Positions 8,630 to 18,094 are shown, numbered from the stretch's first letter. The stretch: 24,837 nucleotides of DNA from Elainellaceae cyanobacterium (GCA_051117555.1 JBNPEG010000110.1:2776-27612), one strand, 5' to 3'. Notes: generated by a model not told the origin, from the sequence alone. Program-made: numbers and translations.

Positions 8630-9877
8630 CTATTCGCTTTGCACCACAAAGTCTACGGAGCCATCTTCTTTAACCATTCCAATGAAAACAGGTGGCACGT
8701 TTTGGTTGATTAAGCCTTGCCAATCCCCAAATGAAATATCACCATACATGACTCCTTGGTATTTCACTGATTTCAACGCATCGCGAATCGTTTCATGATT
8801 AATATCCCCATCTAGAGAATCGAGCGCTTCTTCCATCGTATAAACAGCATCATATCCTCGTCCGGCTTCTCCCAGCTCCGAAAACTTATAGCCCTGTTCT
8901 TCCCATTTTTCAGTAAACTCGGCGGCTTGATCTGGAGCTTTAGACAAGGAAGAATCATAAGCTCCTGGAAAAAATACCGTGTGATAGCTGCCGCTACTCG
9001 ACTCTAGCCCAGCCAGTTCCACTACTTTTTCTGGCCAGCTTCCCCCCGTTGCTAAAATCTTCAGGTCAATACCTAGGGTCTTCGCTTGCTCTAGGATCAG
9101 CGCAATTTGGCTATTGCTTGTGGTGACAATGGCAGAATCGGCTCCTGCTGCCTTGACCTTGCTCAACAGAGGCTTAAAGTCTACCTCAGCTTGCTCAAAA
9201 TACTCCTCGCCAACGATTTCGCCTCCGTTCTCGGTGATATGGGGACTGTAGCTAGCAATGGCTCCACGTCCCCAGTCATTATTAACGGCTAAGAAAAATA
9301 CGTTGTTAAAACCTAGAGTTTTTACTAAGTCATCTCGAACAGCCCATGCTTCTAGAGGCGTAGGGGGAGCTAGGCGGAACGTCCACTCATTACCGGACTC
9401 CTCTGGATCGGTAATTTTGAAAGAACTAGAAGTTTCGACTAACAACGGTACTTCATACTGCTGAATGATTGGAATCACAGCCAAGGTACAGGAACTGCCC
9501 CACGCGCCGATGATAGCTTCAACCTCATCGCGGGTCACAACTTTGGTGGCTGCGCTGGTACACTGGGCTGGATCATTCGCTGTATCTTCGATGATCAGCT
9601 CGATAGGGCGGCCATCCACGCCACCCTCATTATTAATTTCTTCTACTGCGATTACCGCTGCATCTCGAATCGCAATGCCATTGGCTGCGACAGGCCCAGT
9701 GAGGGGTTGAAGCAGCCCTATTTTGATGGGTTCTCCTTCTGTGGTTGCCTCTGCTTCTGTTGAGGAATCGACCGACTGTTCACTAGAGGGAGGGGCACTA
9801 CACGCTACGATTAGAGAGGTTGCAAGGGTCGCAAGAATACTCGGAATCCAAAGGCGTCTAGAGGAAGACAGAGTCAT
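8630..9877 (-). CDS. ABC transporter substrate-binding lipoprotein (LivJ/K, Peripla_BP_6 family)
   Basis: Lipobox-like IVAC, IKIGLLQPLTG, INNEGGVDGRPIELIIED; AAGGAG upstream of the ATG. Confidence 0.92.
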   Translation of the reverse strand: MTLSSSRRLWIPSILATLATSLIVACSAPPSSEQSVDSSTEAEATTEGEPIKIGLLQPLTGPVAANGIAIRDAAVIAVEEINNEGGVDGRPIELIIEDTANDPAQCTSAATKVVTRDEVEAIIGAWGSSCTLAVIPIIQQYEVPLLVETSSSFKITDPEESGNEWTFRLAPPTPLEAWAVRDDLVKTLGFNNVFFLAVNNDWGRGAIASYSPHITENGGEIVGEEYFEQAEVDFKPLLSKVKAAGADSAIVTTSNSQIALILEQAKTLGIDLKILATGGSWPEKVVELAGLESSSGSYHTVFFPGAYDSSLSKAPDQAAEFTEKWEEQGYKFSELGEAGRGYDAVYTMEEALDSLDGDINHETIRDALKSVKYQGVMYGDISFGDWQGLINQNVPPVFIGMVKEDGSVDFVVQSE

Positions 9878-9945
9878 GGCAAATCTCCTTTCAGATCAGA
9901 AAAATGGGTGATGAAATCAACTAAACCGACCAAACAAAACCTTCG

Positions 9946-10653
9946 TCAGACACCTAGATAAGCAGCTTGAATGCCGCTATCTTGCATCAGTAAGTGGCCT
10001 TCTCCTTCACGAATCAATGCCCCTCGCTCTAACACATAGGCATAATGAGCCAGGTTTAGGGCGATCGCCACGTTTTGTTCTACTAAAAGTACCGACACTC
10101 CTTGCTGCACAATCTGCTGCACGATGTCCACAACCGCATCGACAATGACGGGGGCTAATCCAAGAGAAGGTTCATCTAGCAGAAGTAGACGAGGCTGAGC
10201 CATCAATGACCTCCCGATTGCTAACATTTGCTGCTCTCCTCCACTCAGGCTTCCGGCTGCCTGTCGGCGTCGTTCCCACAGGCGCGGAAACAAGTCAAAA
10301 ATATATCCAACGCGCGATCGCCATCGTTTATTAGGTAGACTGTAGGCTCCCATCCGCAGATTCTCTAGTACTGTCAACTGAGGGAATACACGCCGCCCTT
10401 CGGGACAAAGGGCGATTCCGTGTTGCACAATCTTCCGTGACGACAACTGCTCAATCGACTGTCCTTGAAAGAGCACCCGGCCCGATGATGGCGGCAATAG
10501 GCCGGAGAGGCATTTAAGTAATGTACTTTTTCCAGCACCATTTGAACCCACAATAGCAATGACTTCGCCCTCATCTACCTTCAAGTCAATGTCAAACAAT
10601 GCTTGAAACTCACCGTAGTGAGCATTCAGGTGCTCAACCGATAAAAGGCTCAT
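9946..10653 (-). CDS. livF: ABC transporter ATP-binding protein (LivF family)
   Basis: GSNGAGKS, LSGGEQQMLAIGR, LLLLDEPSLGLAP, VEQN. Confidence 0.95.
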   Translation of the reverse strand: MSLLSVEHLNAHYGEFQALFDIDLKVDEGEVIAIVGSNGAGKSTLLKCLSGLLPPSSGRVLFQGQSIEQLSSRKIVQHGIALCPEGRRVFPQLTVLENLRMGAYSLPNKRWRSRVGYIFDLFPRLWERRRQAAGSLSGGEQQMLAIGRSLMAQPRLLLLDEPSLGLAPVIVDAVVDIVQQIVQQGVSVLLVEQNVAIALNLAHYAYVLERGALIREGEGHLLMQDSGIQAAYLGV

Positions 10654-11426
10654 ACTGCTACACGCTCCTGCCGACCTAGGTAGGCTTCAATGACGGTCGG
10701 ATTTTGACGAATGCTGTTCGGATCTCCTTCCGCAATTTTTTGCCCATGATTTAACACAATGATGCGGTCGGAACTATTCATAACAAATCGCATGTGATGC
10801 TCGATGATCACAAGGGTTAATGACTGACGGCGTAAAGTTTCCACAAGCTGCATGACTTCTACCAACTCGGTGGGATTCATTCCGGCACAGGGCTCATCTA
10901 GCATGAGCACCTGCGGACGAGTCGCAACCGCGCAGGCAATTCCTAATCGGCGCTGTGCGCCATAGGGCAACTGGGCAGCAATTTCATCAAACGGCAGCAG
11001 AAACTGGTCACAAAGGCTAGATGCTTGAGTGCGAAGTAGGCGATCGCGCTGACGAATACTCCCAAACCCTGCTGCCTGTAACAGAGTTTGACGGATACTC
11101 TGGCGGATACCACTCTGGCAGGCAATCATGAGGTTGACGCCGACCGTCAGATTCGTGAAAAAACTGCGCTTCTGAAAGGTTCGAACAAGCCCTGTGCGAG
11201 CAATGTGGTGTGGAGATGCGGTGGTAATATCATTCCTGTTGAGCCAGACATGTCCTGTTGTAGGGCGAATAAACCCCGTAATGCAGTTAAACAGGGTGGT
11301 TTTCCCGGCACCATTAGGCCCAATAATAGACACTACTTCTCCTGGTTTTACAGAAAAAGAAACGCCTTCTAGCGCAGCCAGTCCGCCAAAACACACTCCC
11401 AAGTTTTCAATAGTTAAAATATCCAA
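10650..11426 (-). CDS. livG: ABC transporter ATP-binding protein (LivG family)
   Basis: GPNGAGKTT, RTFQ, LPYGAQRR, LMLDEPCAGMN, IEHHM, VIEAYLG. TTG start; 4-bp overlap with livF. Confidence 0.95.
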   Translation of the reverse strand: MDILTIENLGVCFGGLAALEGVSFSVKPGEVVSIIGPNGAGKTTLFNCITGFIRPTTGHVWLNRNDITTASPHHIARTGLVRTFQKRSFFTNLTVGVNLMIACQSGIRQSIRQTLLQAAGFGSIRQRDRLLRTQASSLCDQFLLPFDEIAAQLPYGAQRRLGIACAVATRPQVLMLDEPCAGMNPTELVEVMQLVETLRRQSLTLVIIEHHMRFVMNSSDRIIVLNHGQKIAEGDPNSIRQNPTVIEAYLGRQERVAV

Positions 11427-11583
11427 CGTTGGAACCCTAAATAAATAACACCAGAACTATCCGAGCAATGCACAGACCGTAGCCTCAACACCTCGTTTAT
11501 CTCAAAATTACTCCAAAGGCAGGTATCGAATGGGCCTTATGCAATGTATTTTTGGAGTGGCTACTCAAGTAAAGTTAGGTCAG

Positions 11584-11625
11584 ATAGTACAAGGATGAAA
11601 TATTGCCCTCTGTAGCAGTGAGCAC
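11584..11625 (-). promoter_or_regulatory. Class II NtcA-activated promoter of the ABC operon
   Basis: Minus strand: tttttGTG-CTCACTGC-TACa (11625-11612), exactly 22 nt, then TACTAT (11589-11584). Matches GTN10AC-N22-TAN3T with one deviation from GTA-N8-TAC. Confidence 0.7.
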
Positions 11626-11700
11626 AAAAACAAGCGTGAGCCATTGTTTAACTCAATACGGCAAATTCATCTCGCCAATAGACTTTGAATCTCCGTTAGC

Positions 11701-11791
11701 TATAGTCCTACGGGGTCAGGTTTGTGTAGTGAGTTCCTCGGCGGGGGCTCACCACGCGTCAACGCCCTACCGCAAGAGCGTACAAGCTATA
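11701..11791. mobile_element. About 91-bp MITE-like repeat
   Basis: TATAG...CTATA ends and an internal imperfect hairpin. Right end CAACGCCCTACCGCAAGAGCGTACAAGCTATA is related to the copies near 12900 and 22005. Abuts the Rieske stop codon at 11792. Confidence 0.55.
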
Positions 11792-12775
11792 TTAGGTTGT
11801 GCCAAAGGTGATTCCCAACGTTCTCAACCACTTTCGATACGCGATCGCGGTTCGATCTGACGGGAGATGCAATTCTGCTTGTAAATCAAGGGGCAATAAC
11901 TCGGGGCGCTGGGATTCTAGAATTCGCACGTCAGCAGCGACGATTTTATCCTCAAACTGCTGGAACGTTTCGGGCGGAATGTCAAGCCCATAATTCATCG
12001 CAATCCACCACCAACTGATGCTTTCAGTGGGAGACACGGGGGTGGTAGTCATAAAAATCACACGACGATGTTCTTTCACCTCTTTAGAGGCTTTGATGAA
12101 ATACGCGGTAAAGGGTCTGGGCACCGTATAGTCATAGGTCACTTTTGCTCCCTGTCCTAACCCGCCGTAGGGATCGGGCTGCCAAACGTGTACATTTTGA
12201 GCAACCAGACCCTCTGGGGTGAGGGTTACCGTGTAGTCTTCAATTTCGGGATGATGCGGATCGCCAAGCATTCCGTCATGCACAAAGGGAAAATGGCCCA
12301 CATCCAGAAAGTTTTCAATTGCCCGAGGTGCGCTTGCGTGATAGTGATAGGGACCACAAAATACTTTGCGATAGCTGGCATCATCCCACTCTGGAAACGG
12401 GGGAATATCCTGCTGTGGATTGCCCAGACACACCCAAATCAGTCCATAGCGCTCTTGCACCGAGTAGGTCTGCACATTGGCCCGTGCCGGTGGCGTTAAC
12501 GTCGGATGCGCTGGAATATGGATGCATTGTCCGGTGGAGTCATAGGTCCAACCATGATAGGGGCATGCCAATGTGCCGTCTCGGATGCAGCCGAGCGACA
12601 GTCTAGCGCCTCGATGCACACACAAATCACGCCATGCTAACACGCGATCGCCACTCCGCCACAGCACTAAATCTTCACCCAAGAGCCGGGCTGCTAATAG
12701 CTCATCAGATGTCACATCGGGCGATCGCGCGACAACATGCCAATCATTTAGAACGACTAAATCTTGAATCGTCAT
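11792..12775 (-). CDS. Rieske non-heme iron oxygenase alpha subunit, NdmA/VanA (demethylase)-like
   Basis: Rieske CVHRG...CPYHGW, mononuclear Fe motif ENFLDVGHFPFVH, and C-terminal ESQRPELLPLDLQAELHLPSDRTAIAYRKWL resembling NdmA-type enzymes. ATG 12775 is preceded by GGAG. Confidence 0.88.
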   Translation of the reverse strand: MTIQDLVVLNDWHVVARSPDVTSDELLAARLLGEDLVLWRSGDRVLAWRDLCVHRGARLSLGCIRDGTLACPYHGWTYDSTGQCIHIPAHPTLTPPARANVQTYSVQERYGLIWVCLGNPQQDIPPFPEWDDASYRKVFCGPYHYHASAPRAIENFLDVGHFPFVHDGMLGDPHHPEIEDYTVTLTPEGLVAQNVHVWQPDPYGGLGQGAKVTYDYTVPRPFTAYFIKASKEVKEHRRVIFMTTTPVSPTESISWWWIAMNYGLDIPPETFQQFEDKIVAADVRILESQRPELLPLDLQAELHLPSDRTAIAYRKWLRTLGITFGTT

Positions 12776-12885
12776 ATTTGACTCCAAGGTAGGTAGCAAT
12801 CAGCAAGTAGCGGGGCCTCTGGTTCTTAAGTTCCAAAGGCCACCAGGAACCCATCAATATAGTGAGGCTGCCTACTTAACAAATA

Positions 12886-12925
12886 CTACACGTTCAACGT
12901 CCTAACGCGAGAGCGTACGGCTGTA
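12886..12925. repeat. Partial copy (one end) of the same MITE-like family
   Basis: CTACACGTTCAACGTCCTAACGCGAGAGCGTACGGCTGTA versus CACACGTTTAACATCCTGACGCGAGAGCGCAAGGCTATA at 21991-22029. Confidence 0.65.
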
Positions 12926-13047
12926 GTATTCAAAAATAGAATGTTGGATATTGAAAATCTGAATCCAAACTGTCTTACTCGACACATTCTCAAATATTCG
13001 CCAGTGAGACGTTGACGGTAGTAGTTGAGCTGATAAATTGCACACCT

Positions 13048-14262
13048 ATGACCTTTGATCTGATAATTCAGAATGGCCGAGTGATTGATCCATCACAGGG
13101 GTTGGATGATGTATTAGATATTGGAGTAGCCGATGGAAAGATTGCGGCTCTTGGAAAAGACTTAATGTCATCTCCCGAGATGCAGTCCCTAGAAACGCAA
13201 GTTTTAGATGCCTCTGGAAATCTCGTGACTCCTGGGCTGGTTGATATCCACGTCCATGCATCAGAACATGTAGGAGGCTTTAACGTACCTCCCGATGTCG
13301 TTGGTGTCAAGATGGGAGTCACGACAGTTGTGGATGCTGGAAGCTGCGGTATTTTAGGATTTCCAGGCTTTCGCAAGCTAGTTGCCAGTAGTTCTAAGAC
13401 GCGGATTTATCATCAGCCCAATGTCTATTTGCTTTACCAAGCCTCAGCAGACTTTATCACGCTAAAAATTGGTGCGGTATTTGCAAAAGAAAACTTTAGC
13501 TTGAATAAAGCAATCCGGCTGTTTGAAGAAAATTCAGATATCATTGTCGGCTTTAAATGCATTGCAGCGACCCGCGAACCCCACGATACCGAATCTATTT
13601 CGCTCAACTATGGCAAGGAGATTAGTCGTGCTACCGGCCTACCGCTTACGGTTCACTTGGGCTGGCTGCCTTACTATTCGTGGCTTGATCCGCGACTGGT
13701 GCTCAATAAGCTTGAAGCCGGAGATGTTGCAACCCACGTCTATCGTCGCGTGGGTCATATCCTCAATGAATCAGGAAAGGTTTTTCCGGAAGCGTTGGAT
13801 GCGCGCGATCGCGGCGTAGTGTTTGATATTGGTCACGGCACGGGAGATTTCGATTTTGAAGTAGCTAAACGTGCTCTTGACCAAGGGGTAAAGCCAGATA
13901 CTATCAGTGGTGACATTACCAACCAAAGCTCAGTGACCGGGCCTGTCTTTAGCCTGACAGAGACGATGACTAAGTTTCTGTATTTAGGGCTGGATCTTAC
14001 TGAGGTCATTGCAATGACAACCTGCAACGCAGCCCGGGTGATTAACCGCTCTAATGAACTGGGTAGCCTCCTTGTTGGACGCGACGCCGATATTTCAGTG
14101 TTGGATTACCGGGAAGGGCTGTGGCGATTGACCGATGGCATCCACCACATCAACTGGGACGGTCGCAAGCTGATTCCGAAGTGGACGGTTCGAGGCGGCG
14201 AAATAATTCCCTGTGAATATCCAGCGCGATCGCTACGTCGCCAAGAGTTAGCCCCGGCGTAG
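13048..14262 (+). CDS. Amidohydrolase/deacetylase family metallohydrolase (COG3964-like, dihydroorotase-related)
   Basis: PGLVDIHVH, GVTTVVDAGS, GFK, TVH, ATH, FDIGHG, PDTISGD, GRDADISV. ATG 13048 (MTFDLIIQNG) preferred as start. Confidence 0.88.
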   Translation: MTFDLIIQNGRVIDPSQGLDDVLDIGVADGKIAALGKDLMSSPEMQSLETQVLDASGNLVTPGLVDIHVHASEHVGGFNVPPDVVGVKMGVTTVVDAGSCGILGFPGFRKLVASSSKTRIYHQPNVYLLYQASADFITLKIGAVFAKENFSLNKAIRLFEENSDIIVGFKCIAATREPHDTESISLNYGKEISRATGLPLTVHLGWLPYYSWLDPRLVLNKLEAGDVATHVYRRVGHILNESGKVFPEALDARDRGVVFDIGHGTGDFDFEVAKRALDQGVKPDTISGDITNQSSVTGPVFSLTETMTKFLYLGLDLTEVIAMTTCNAARVINRSNELGSLLVGRDADISVLDYREGLWRLTDGIHHINWDGRKLIPKWTVRGGEIIPCEYPARSLRRQELAPA

Positions 14263-14370
14263 ATTCTTCTCTATGCCAGCCTACCAGGTATCGCAGTATG
14301 CGGTGCTGTTTGGATGATACTTCATGAAGCTATTTGGATAGTGTATGTTTCAACGGTGAGGAGCCAGTTT

Positions 14371-15588
14371 GTGGAACAGTATGATTTAGTTTTATCGGGC
14401 GGGCGCGTCATTGACCCAAGCCAGTCTCTCGATGGTTACTACGAAGTCGCAATTCGCGATCGCACCATTGCTGCCATTGATCCCCAACTCCCTCCCCATA
14501 TCGCCCAAGACACTCTATCTGTTGCCGATCAACTTGTCTGTCCTGGCCTGATTGATCTCCATGTCCATGCGTATGAGTGGGTCACTGACTTTGGGCTCTG
14601 TGCCGATGATATCGGCGTTCATGCTGGCGTCACCACCATCGTAGATCAGGGAAGCTGCGGACCGTTGACGTTTTTAGGGTTCAAAGCCAATATTGTCAGT
14701 CAGTCACAAACCGATGTGCGCTGCTTCCCATCCGTCAACTTAGCCGGGGCGCTCAAGGGAGGGATGGGGACGCCTGCGTTGCACAGTCCAGAGATGGTAG
14801 ATCTGGATGCTCTCGTTCAACTGGCGAATGACCATCCAGAAATTGTGCGAGGATTTAAAGTGCATGGAGAATCCGGGGCGCTGTCACGATGGGGAACGCA
14901 AGTTTTAACGCTAGCGCGTCACGCTGCGGATGCTGCCCATCTCCCCCTGTATGTGCATACTGGAGAACTGTTTGCTGTCGTTGAAGAGAATCGTCCCCGC
15001 CCCGATCGCGTCATTGATTGCGTCTTGCCATACCTCAAGTCGGGCGATCTATTAGCGCACTGTTATAGCTGTCGCCCTGATGGGTTGATGGGCGATCGCC
15101 CGTCTCCGTCCCCGGCTCTAGTCAAAGCCGTTGAGGACGGGGTTCGGCTAGATTTAGGGCACGGCATCAATTTTAGCTTTACCATTGCTCGCCGAATGAT
15201 CGCTCATCGCCTATTTCCCTACACCATTAGTAGTGACGTGCATGGTGATTTCAATACGCCTCACAGCGACGCTACGTTAGACTACAGCTTATGTGGTGCT
15301 CTGTCGAAACTCCTTGCTCTGGGGATGGATTTGCAGGAGGCGATCGCGGCAGTCACCGTTCATCCTGCTAAAGTTCTGCAAGCAGAATCGGACATTGGTA
15401 CGTTGAAAGTTGGCTCCCGCGCTGATATCACGGTTCTAGACTATAGCGAACGTCCTTGGGTTTGCAAGGATGCGATGGGCGAGCAGTTGATTGCTCATCA
15501 AATGCTAAGCCCAGCTTGGGTCGTCCGAGTAGGGCAGTTGATCCAGCCCAATCGTCGACTGCTTCGAGATCTCGTCGCTGCCAGTTAG
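14371..15588 (+). CDS. Amidohydrolase/deacetylase family metallohydrolase (second paralogue)
   Basis: PGLIDLHVH, GVTTIVDQGS, GFKVH, YVH, AHC, LDLGHG, ISSD. GTG 14371 is preceded by GAGGAG. Confidence 0.88.
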   Translation: MEQYDLVLSGGRVIDPSQSLDGYYEVAIRDRTIAAIDPQLPPHIAQDTLSVADQLVCPGLIDLHVHAYEWVTDFGLCADDIGVHAGVTTIVDQGSCGPLTFLGFKANIVSQSQTDVRCFPSVNLAGALKGGMGTPALHSPEMVDLDALVQLANDHPEIVRGFKVHGESGALSRWGTQVLTLARHAADAAHLPLYVHTGELFAVVEENRPRPDRVIDCVLPYLKSGDLLAHCYSCRPDGLMGDRPSPSPALVKAVEDGVRLDLGHGINFSFTIARRMIAHRLFPYTISSDVHGDFNTPHSDATLDYSLCGALSKLLALGMDLQEAIAAVTVHPAKVLQAESDIGTLKVGSRADITVLDYSERPWVCKDAMGEQLIAHQMLSPAWVVRVGQLIQPNRRLLRDLVAAS

Positions 15589-15663
15589 GAGAATCCGAGT
15601 AAATTCGAAAAGCTTCTAATCATGCAAGAATAGGGTATCTGCACCCCTCTTACGGGCGATCGC

Positions 15664-16605
15664 ATGAATCGATTTGAGCTAAGCCAGCTAGAGATGTCTG
15701 CCCTAATCGCGTTTATAGAAGTAGCAGAGCGCGGCAGCTTTACGGATGCAGCAGCATCTCTGCATCTCTCTCAGCCCACCATTAGCCAGCAGGTGCAGCG
15801 GCTTGAGCGGTTTGTTGGAGTCAAGCTCCTGCATCGCAAATCGGGTAAAGTCTCATTGACAGAAGCGGGTGAAACATTCATTCACCACGCACGAGACAGT
15901 TTGCGAACCATCGTAGATGGGATGAAAGCCGTATCTCAGATATCTCAAATTGTGACAGGCAGCATTACTCTAGGGCTGACGCCCTCAGCAGCTCACCGCT
16001 GTTTGTCTAGTCTTTTACCTCAATATTGCACCCAATATCCAGGTGTTGCGGTGCGTATCATAGAAGATTATCCTAATGAACTCATTGAAGGACTGGAGCA
16101 ACGCACCATCGATTTAGCCGTGTTGTCGCTACCTGTTCCACTAAAAACATTCAATGTTGACGTGCTCTATGAAGAACCCTTGGTCTTGGTGGCTGCTGCG
16201 ACCCATCCATTGGCAGCGATCGACAACATCACCTGGGGCGATTTGAGCCATCAATCGATTGTTTTGCCGCGGCAGCGGGTCGATTTTGGCATTCGCTATA
16301 TTATCGAAGAGTTGTATTGCACCCACCATCATTCCATCAAAGCGGTAGCTGAGGTGAGTGGCTTTCAGTCTCTTCGACAGCTTGTCTTGTCTAATTTTGG
16401 CATTACCTTTCTACCCCTTTCTCAAGTTCAACACGATGTATCAGACGGTAAGCTGGTAATTCGTAAGCTGCCAGGTCAACCTCTAACCCACAAGGTCGCC
16501 CTTGTGACTTGCCGCCAGCATTCTCTTAGCGTGGCAGCGGAGAAGTTGGCGGATGCCATTCAAGCCCATGCCTATCAAACCATGTCAAGCCAAATAGATT
16601 TCTAG
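15664..16605 (+). CDS. LysR family transcriptional regulator
   Basis: FIEVAERGSFTDAAASLHLSQPTISQQVQRLE...LTEAG HTH plus substrate-binding domain; 313 aa. Confidence 0.96.
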   Translation: MNRFELSQLEMSALIAFIEVAERGSFTDAAASLHLSQPTISQQVQRLERFVGVKLLHRKSGKVSLTEAGETFIHHARDSLRTIVDGMKAVSQISQIVTGSITLGLTPSAAHRCLSSLLPQYCTQYPGVAVRIIEDYPNELIEGLEQRTIDLAVLSLPVPLKTFNVDVLYEEPLVLVAAATHPLAAIDNITWGDLSHQSIVLPRQRVDFGIRYIIEELYCTHHHSIKAVAEVSGFQSLRQLVLSNFGITFLPLSQVQHDVSDGKLVIRKLPGQPLTHKVALVTCRQHSLSVAAEKLADAIQAHAYQTMSSQIDF

Positions 16606-17792
16606 GCCACTATCTCTGCGATCGCCCGTTCAAATAGAGTCAGAGGTGGGCGATAGATTCCTTTGCCTACCATGCCGCTGATGCCCTGTTGATCCAACAT
16701 TGCTAGATTGATGAGCGGTGTCATTCTCATGTCTCGTACGGCTGCTGCCGTTAATCCGACGCGAAGATGAGAGGCAACAAAGCCGGGATGTGCGGTGGCA
16801 AGCAGGTATTGAGGAAGTTGGTCAAAATCGGAAGGAGCGATCGCCTGGAGGGCAGTCGCGAGTTGAGGAGCATATGACAGTGCCATTCCTCCCAAGCCGA
16901 GCGTATCAATCACCGCACTATCTCCAATCGCTCCACAATACTGCTCTGGAAACATCGAATCGTTTGAGTGATGTTGGGGAGGGAGCGCGGGTGCCGTAAT
17001 CCAGCGACCTGGATTGGCGCTGAGGGTGATGCCAAACTCTCGCCCGTTGCCTGCCATGCCAGTAATCAGGCTACTGCCCTCGATGCCAGACGCGGCGTTT
17101 AGCATGCATTTGCAGGCTCCCATCCACAGATTGAGAAAGAAAGTCGGTGACACTTGGATAAATTTCAATGCGTCGGTGTCAAGATTCATGGGCTGAAGCA
17201 TGTTGCACAGTAATTCGGTGCCCGCAGCGGTCATCCCATGACATTCATTTCCCGAGGCTAGCGCATAATCGGCGATTGGGATGAGATCGATGGGCGTATG
17301 CAACACCGTCTTAAGTGCAGGGGCTAGCCGATCATGCAGCCATCGCAACCGCTCGACGATTGTCAAATCTAGCGTGCCGAATCGCAATGCTGGAGAGGGT
17401 CCGCCGTTCAGAGGGCTGTATGCACGATGGTGAGGATGATGGCGATCGCCAATGACCTGTAACACCATAGAGGGAGAGACTACCGAGGCTAATGGGGTCA
17501 CCACTGACCAATCTTGAGCAGGGCGTAGTTGAATTCGTCCTGACGCGATTAGATGAGCTGCTTGCTCTACTGTAGTTGCCCACGTCTCAAACAGGATTGC
17601 AAGGATTGCAGAATGATAGAGGGGAGGGGCGATCGCATCCCTAGGGTGAATGGGGGGCCCTGCATGGAGCAGAGTGTAGTCATCAAGCCCAATCAATTCG
17701 TGAGTAGTGCCCAATTCGATCCAGATGGGCTCAACATCCATCAATCTATTAAGGGCCTGTTGATCCGCATGATTTAGTTTGGGCATCATCAT
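16602..17792 (-). CDS. DUF1116 family protein (YlbE/AllG, YahG-like)
   Basis: LLHAGPP, GNECH, FFLNLWMGACK, MAGNGREFGI and GDSAV motifs. ATG 17792 preferred over TTG 17798. Convergent 4-bp overlap with LysR. Confidence 0.85.
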   Translation of the reverse strand: MMMPKLNHADQQALNRLMDVEPIWIELGTTHELIGLDDYTLLHAGPPIHPRDAIAPPLYHSAILAILFETWATTVEQAAHLIASGRIQLRPAQDWSVVTPLASVVSPSMVLQVIGDRHHPHHRAYSPLNGGPSPALRFGTLDLTIVERLRWLHDRLAPALKTVLHTPIDLIPIADYALASGNECHGMTAAGTELLCNMLQPMNLDTDALKFIQVSPTFFLNLWMGACKCMLNAASGIEGSSLITGMAGNGREFGITLSANPGRWITAPALPPQHHSNDSMFPEQYCGAIGDSAVIDTLGLGGMALSYAPQLATALQAIAPSDFDQLPQYLLATAHPGFVASHLRVGLTAAAVRDMRMTPLINLAMLDQQGISGMVGKGIYRPPLTLFERAIAEIVA

Positions 17793-17847
17793 ACTCAATC
17801 ACGTTTTATCCGTCGTGCAATAAGCCGCCCAAAGAACAATATTAACT

Positions 17848-17879
17848 GTAGGGTGATGTTAGCGCCAGCGTAACGCACC
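17848..17879 (+). repeat. GTAG-type REP-like palindrome
   Basis: GTAG-GGTGATGTTAGCGCCAGCGTAACGCACC: a GTAG tetranucleotide followed by an imperfect GGTG..GTTA/TAAC..CACC hairpin. Confidence 0.55.
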
Positions 17880-18094
17880 GGAATATTTGTTGAAAGTACT
17901 AACTGTAGGAAATTTAGGGGCGATCGCCTCAGTCCTAATATAAGCAAAAGTTGTCGAGTTACTATCAATCGTCTAATGACTCAGATGCTTTTTATGCTTT
18001 TATCAGGTCGTTCTCATCTGAGAGTGATGTGATAGTTTTATCAGCTCGAAAGATACTTCGATAGCATACGCTTCAGATTGGAGGGGATAAAATC

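Noticed and set aside
12862..12875. GTG-N8-TAC NtcA-like site in the Rieske/amidohydrolase divergent region
   Set aside because: No TAN3T box 22 nt away in either direction, and the flanks are non-consensus.
13048..15588. Calling the amidohydrolases pyrC (dihydroorotase)
   Set aside because: They have HVH followed by A rather than the HxR substrate-binding motif of true dihydroorotases, and the context is catabolic.
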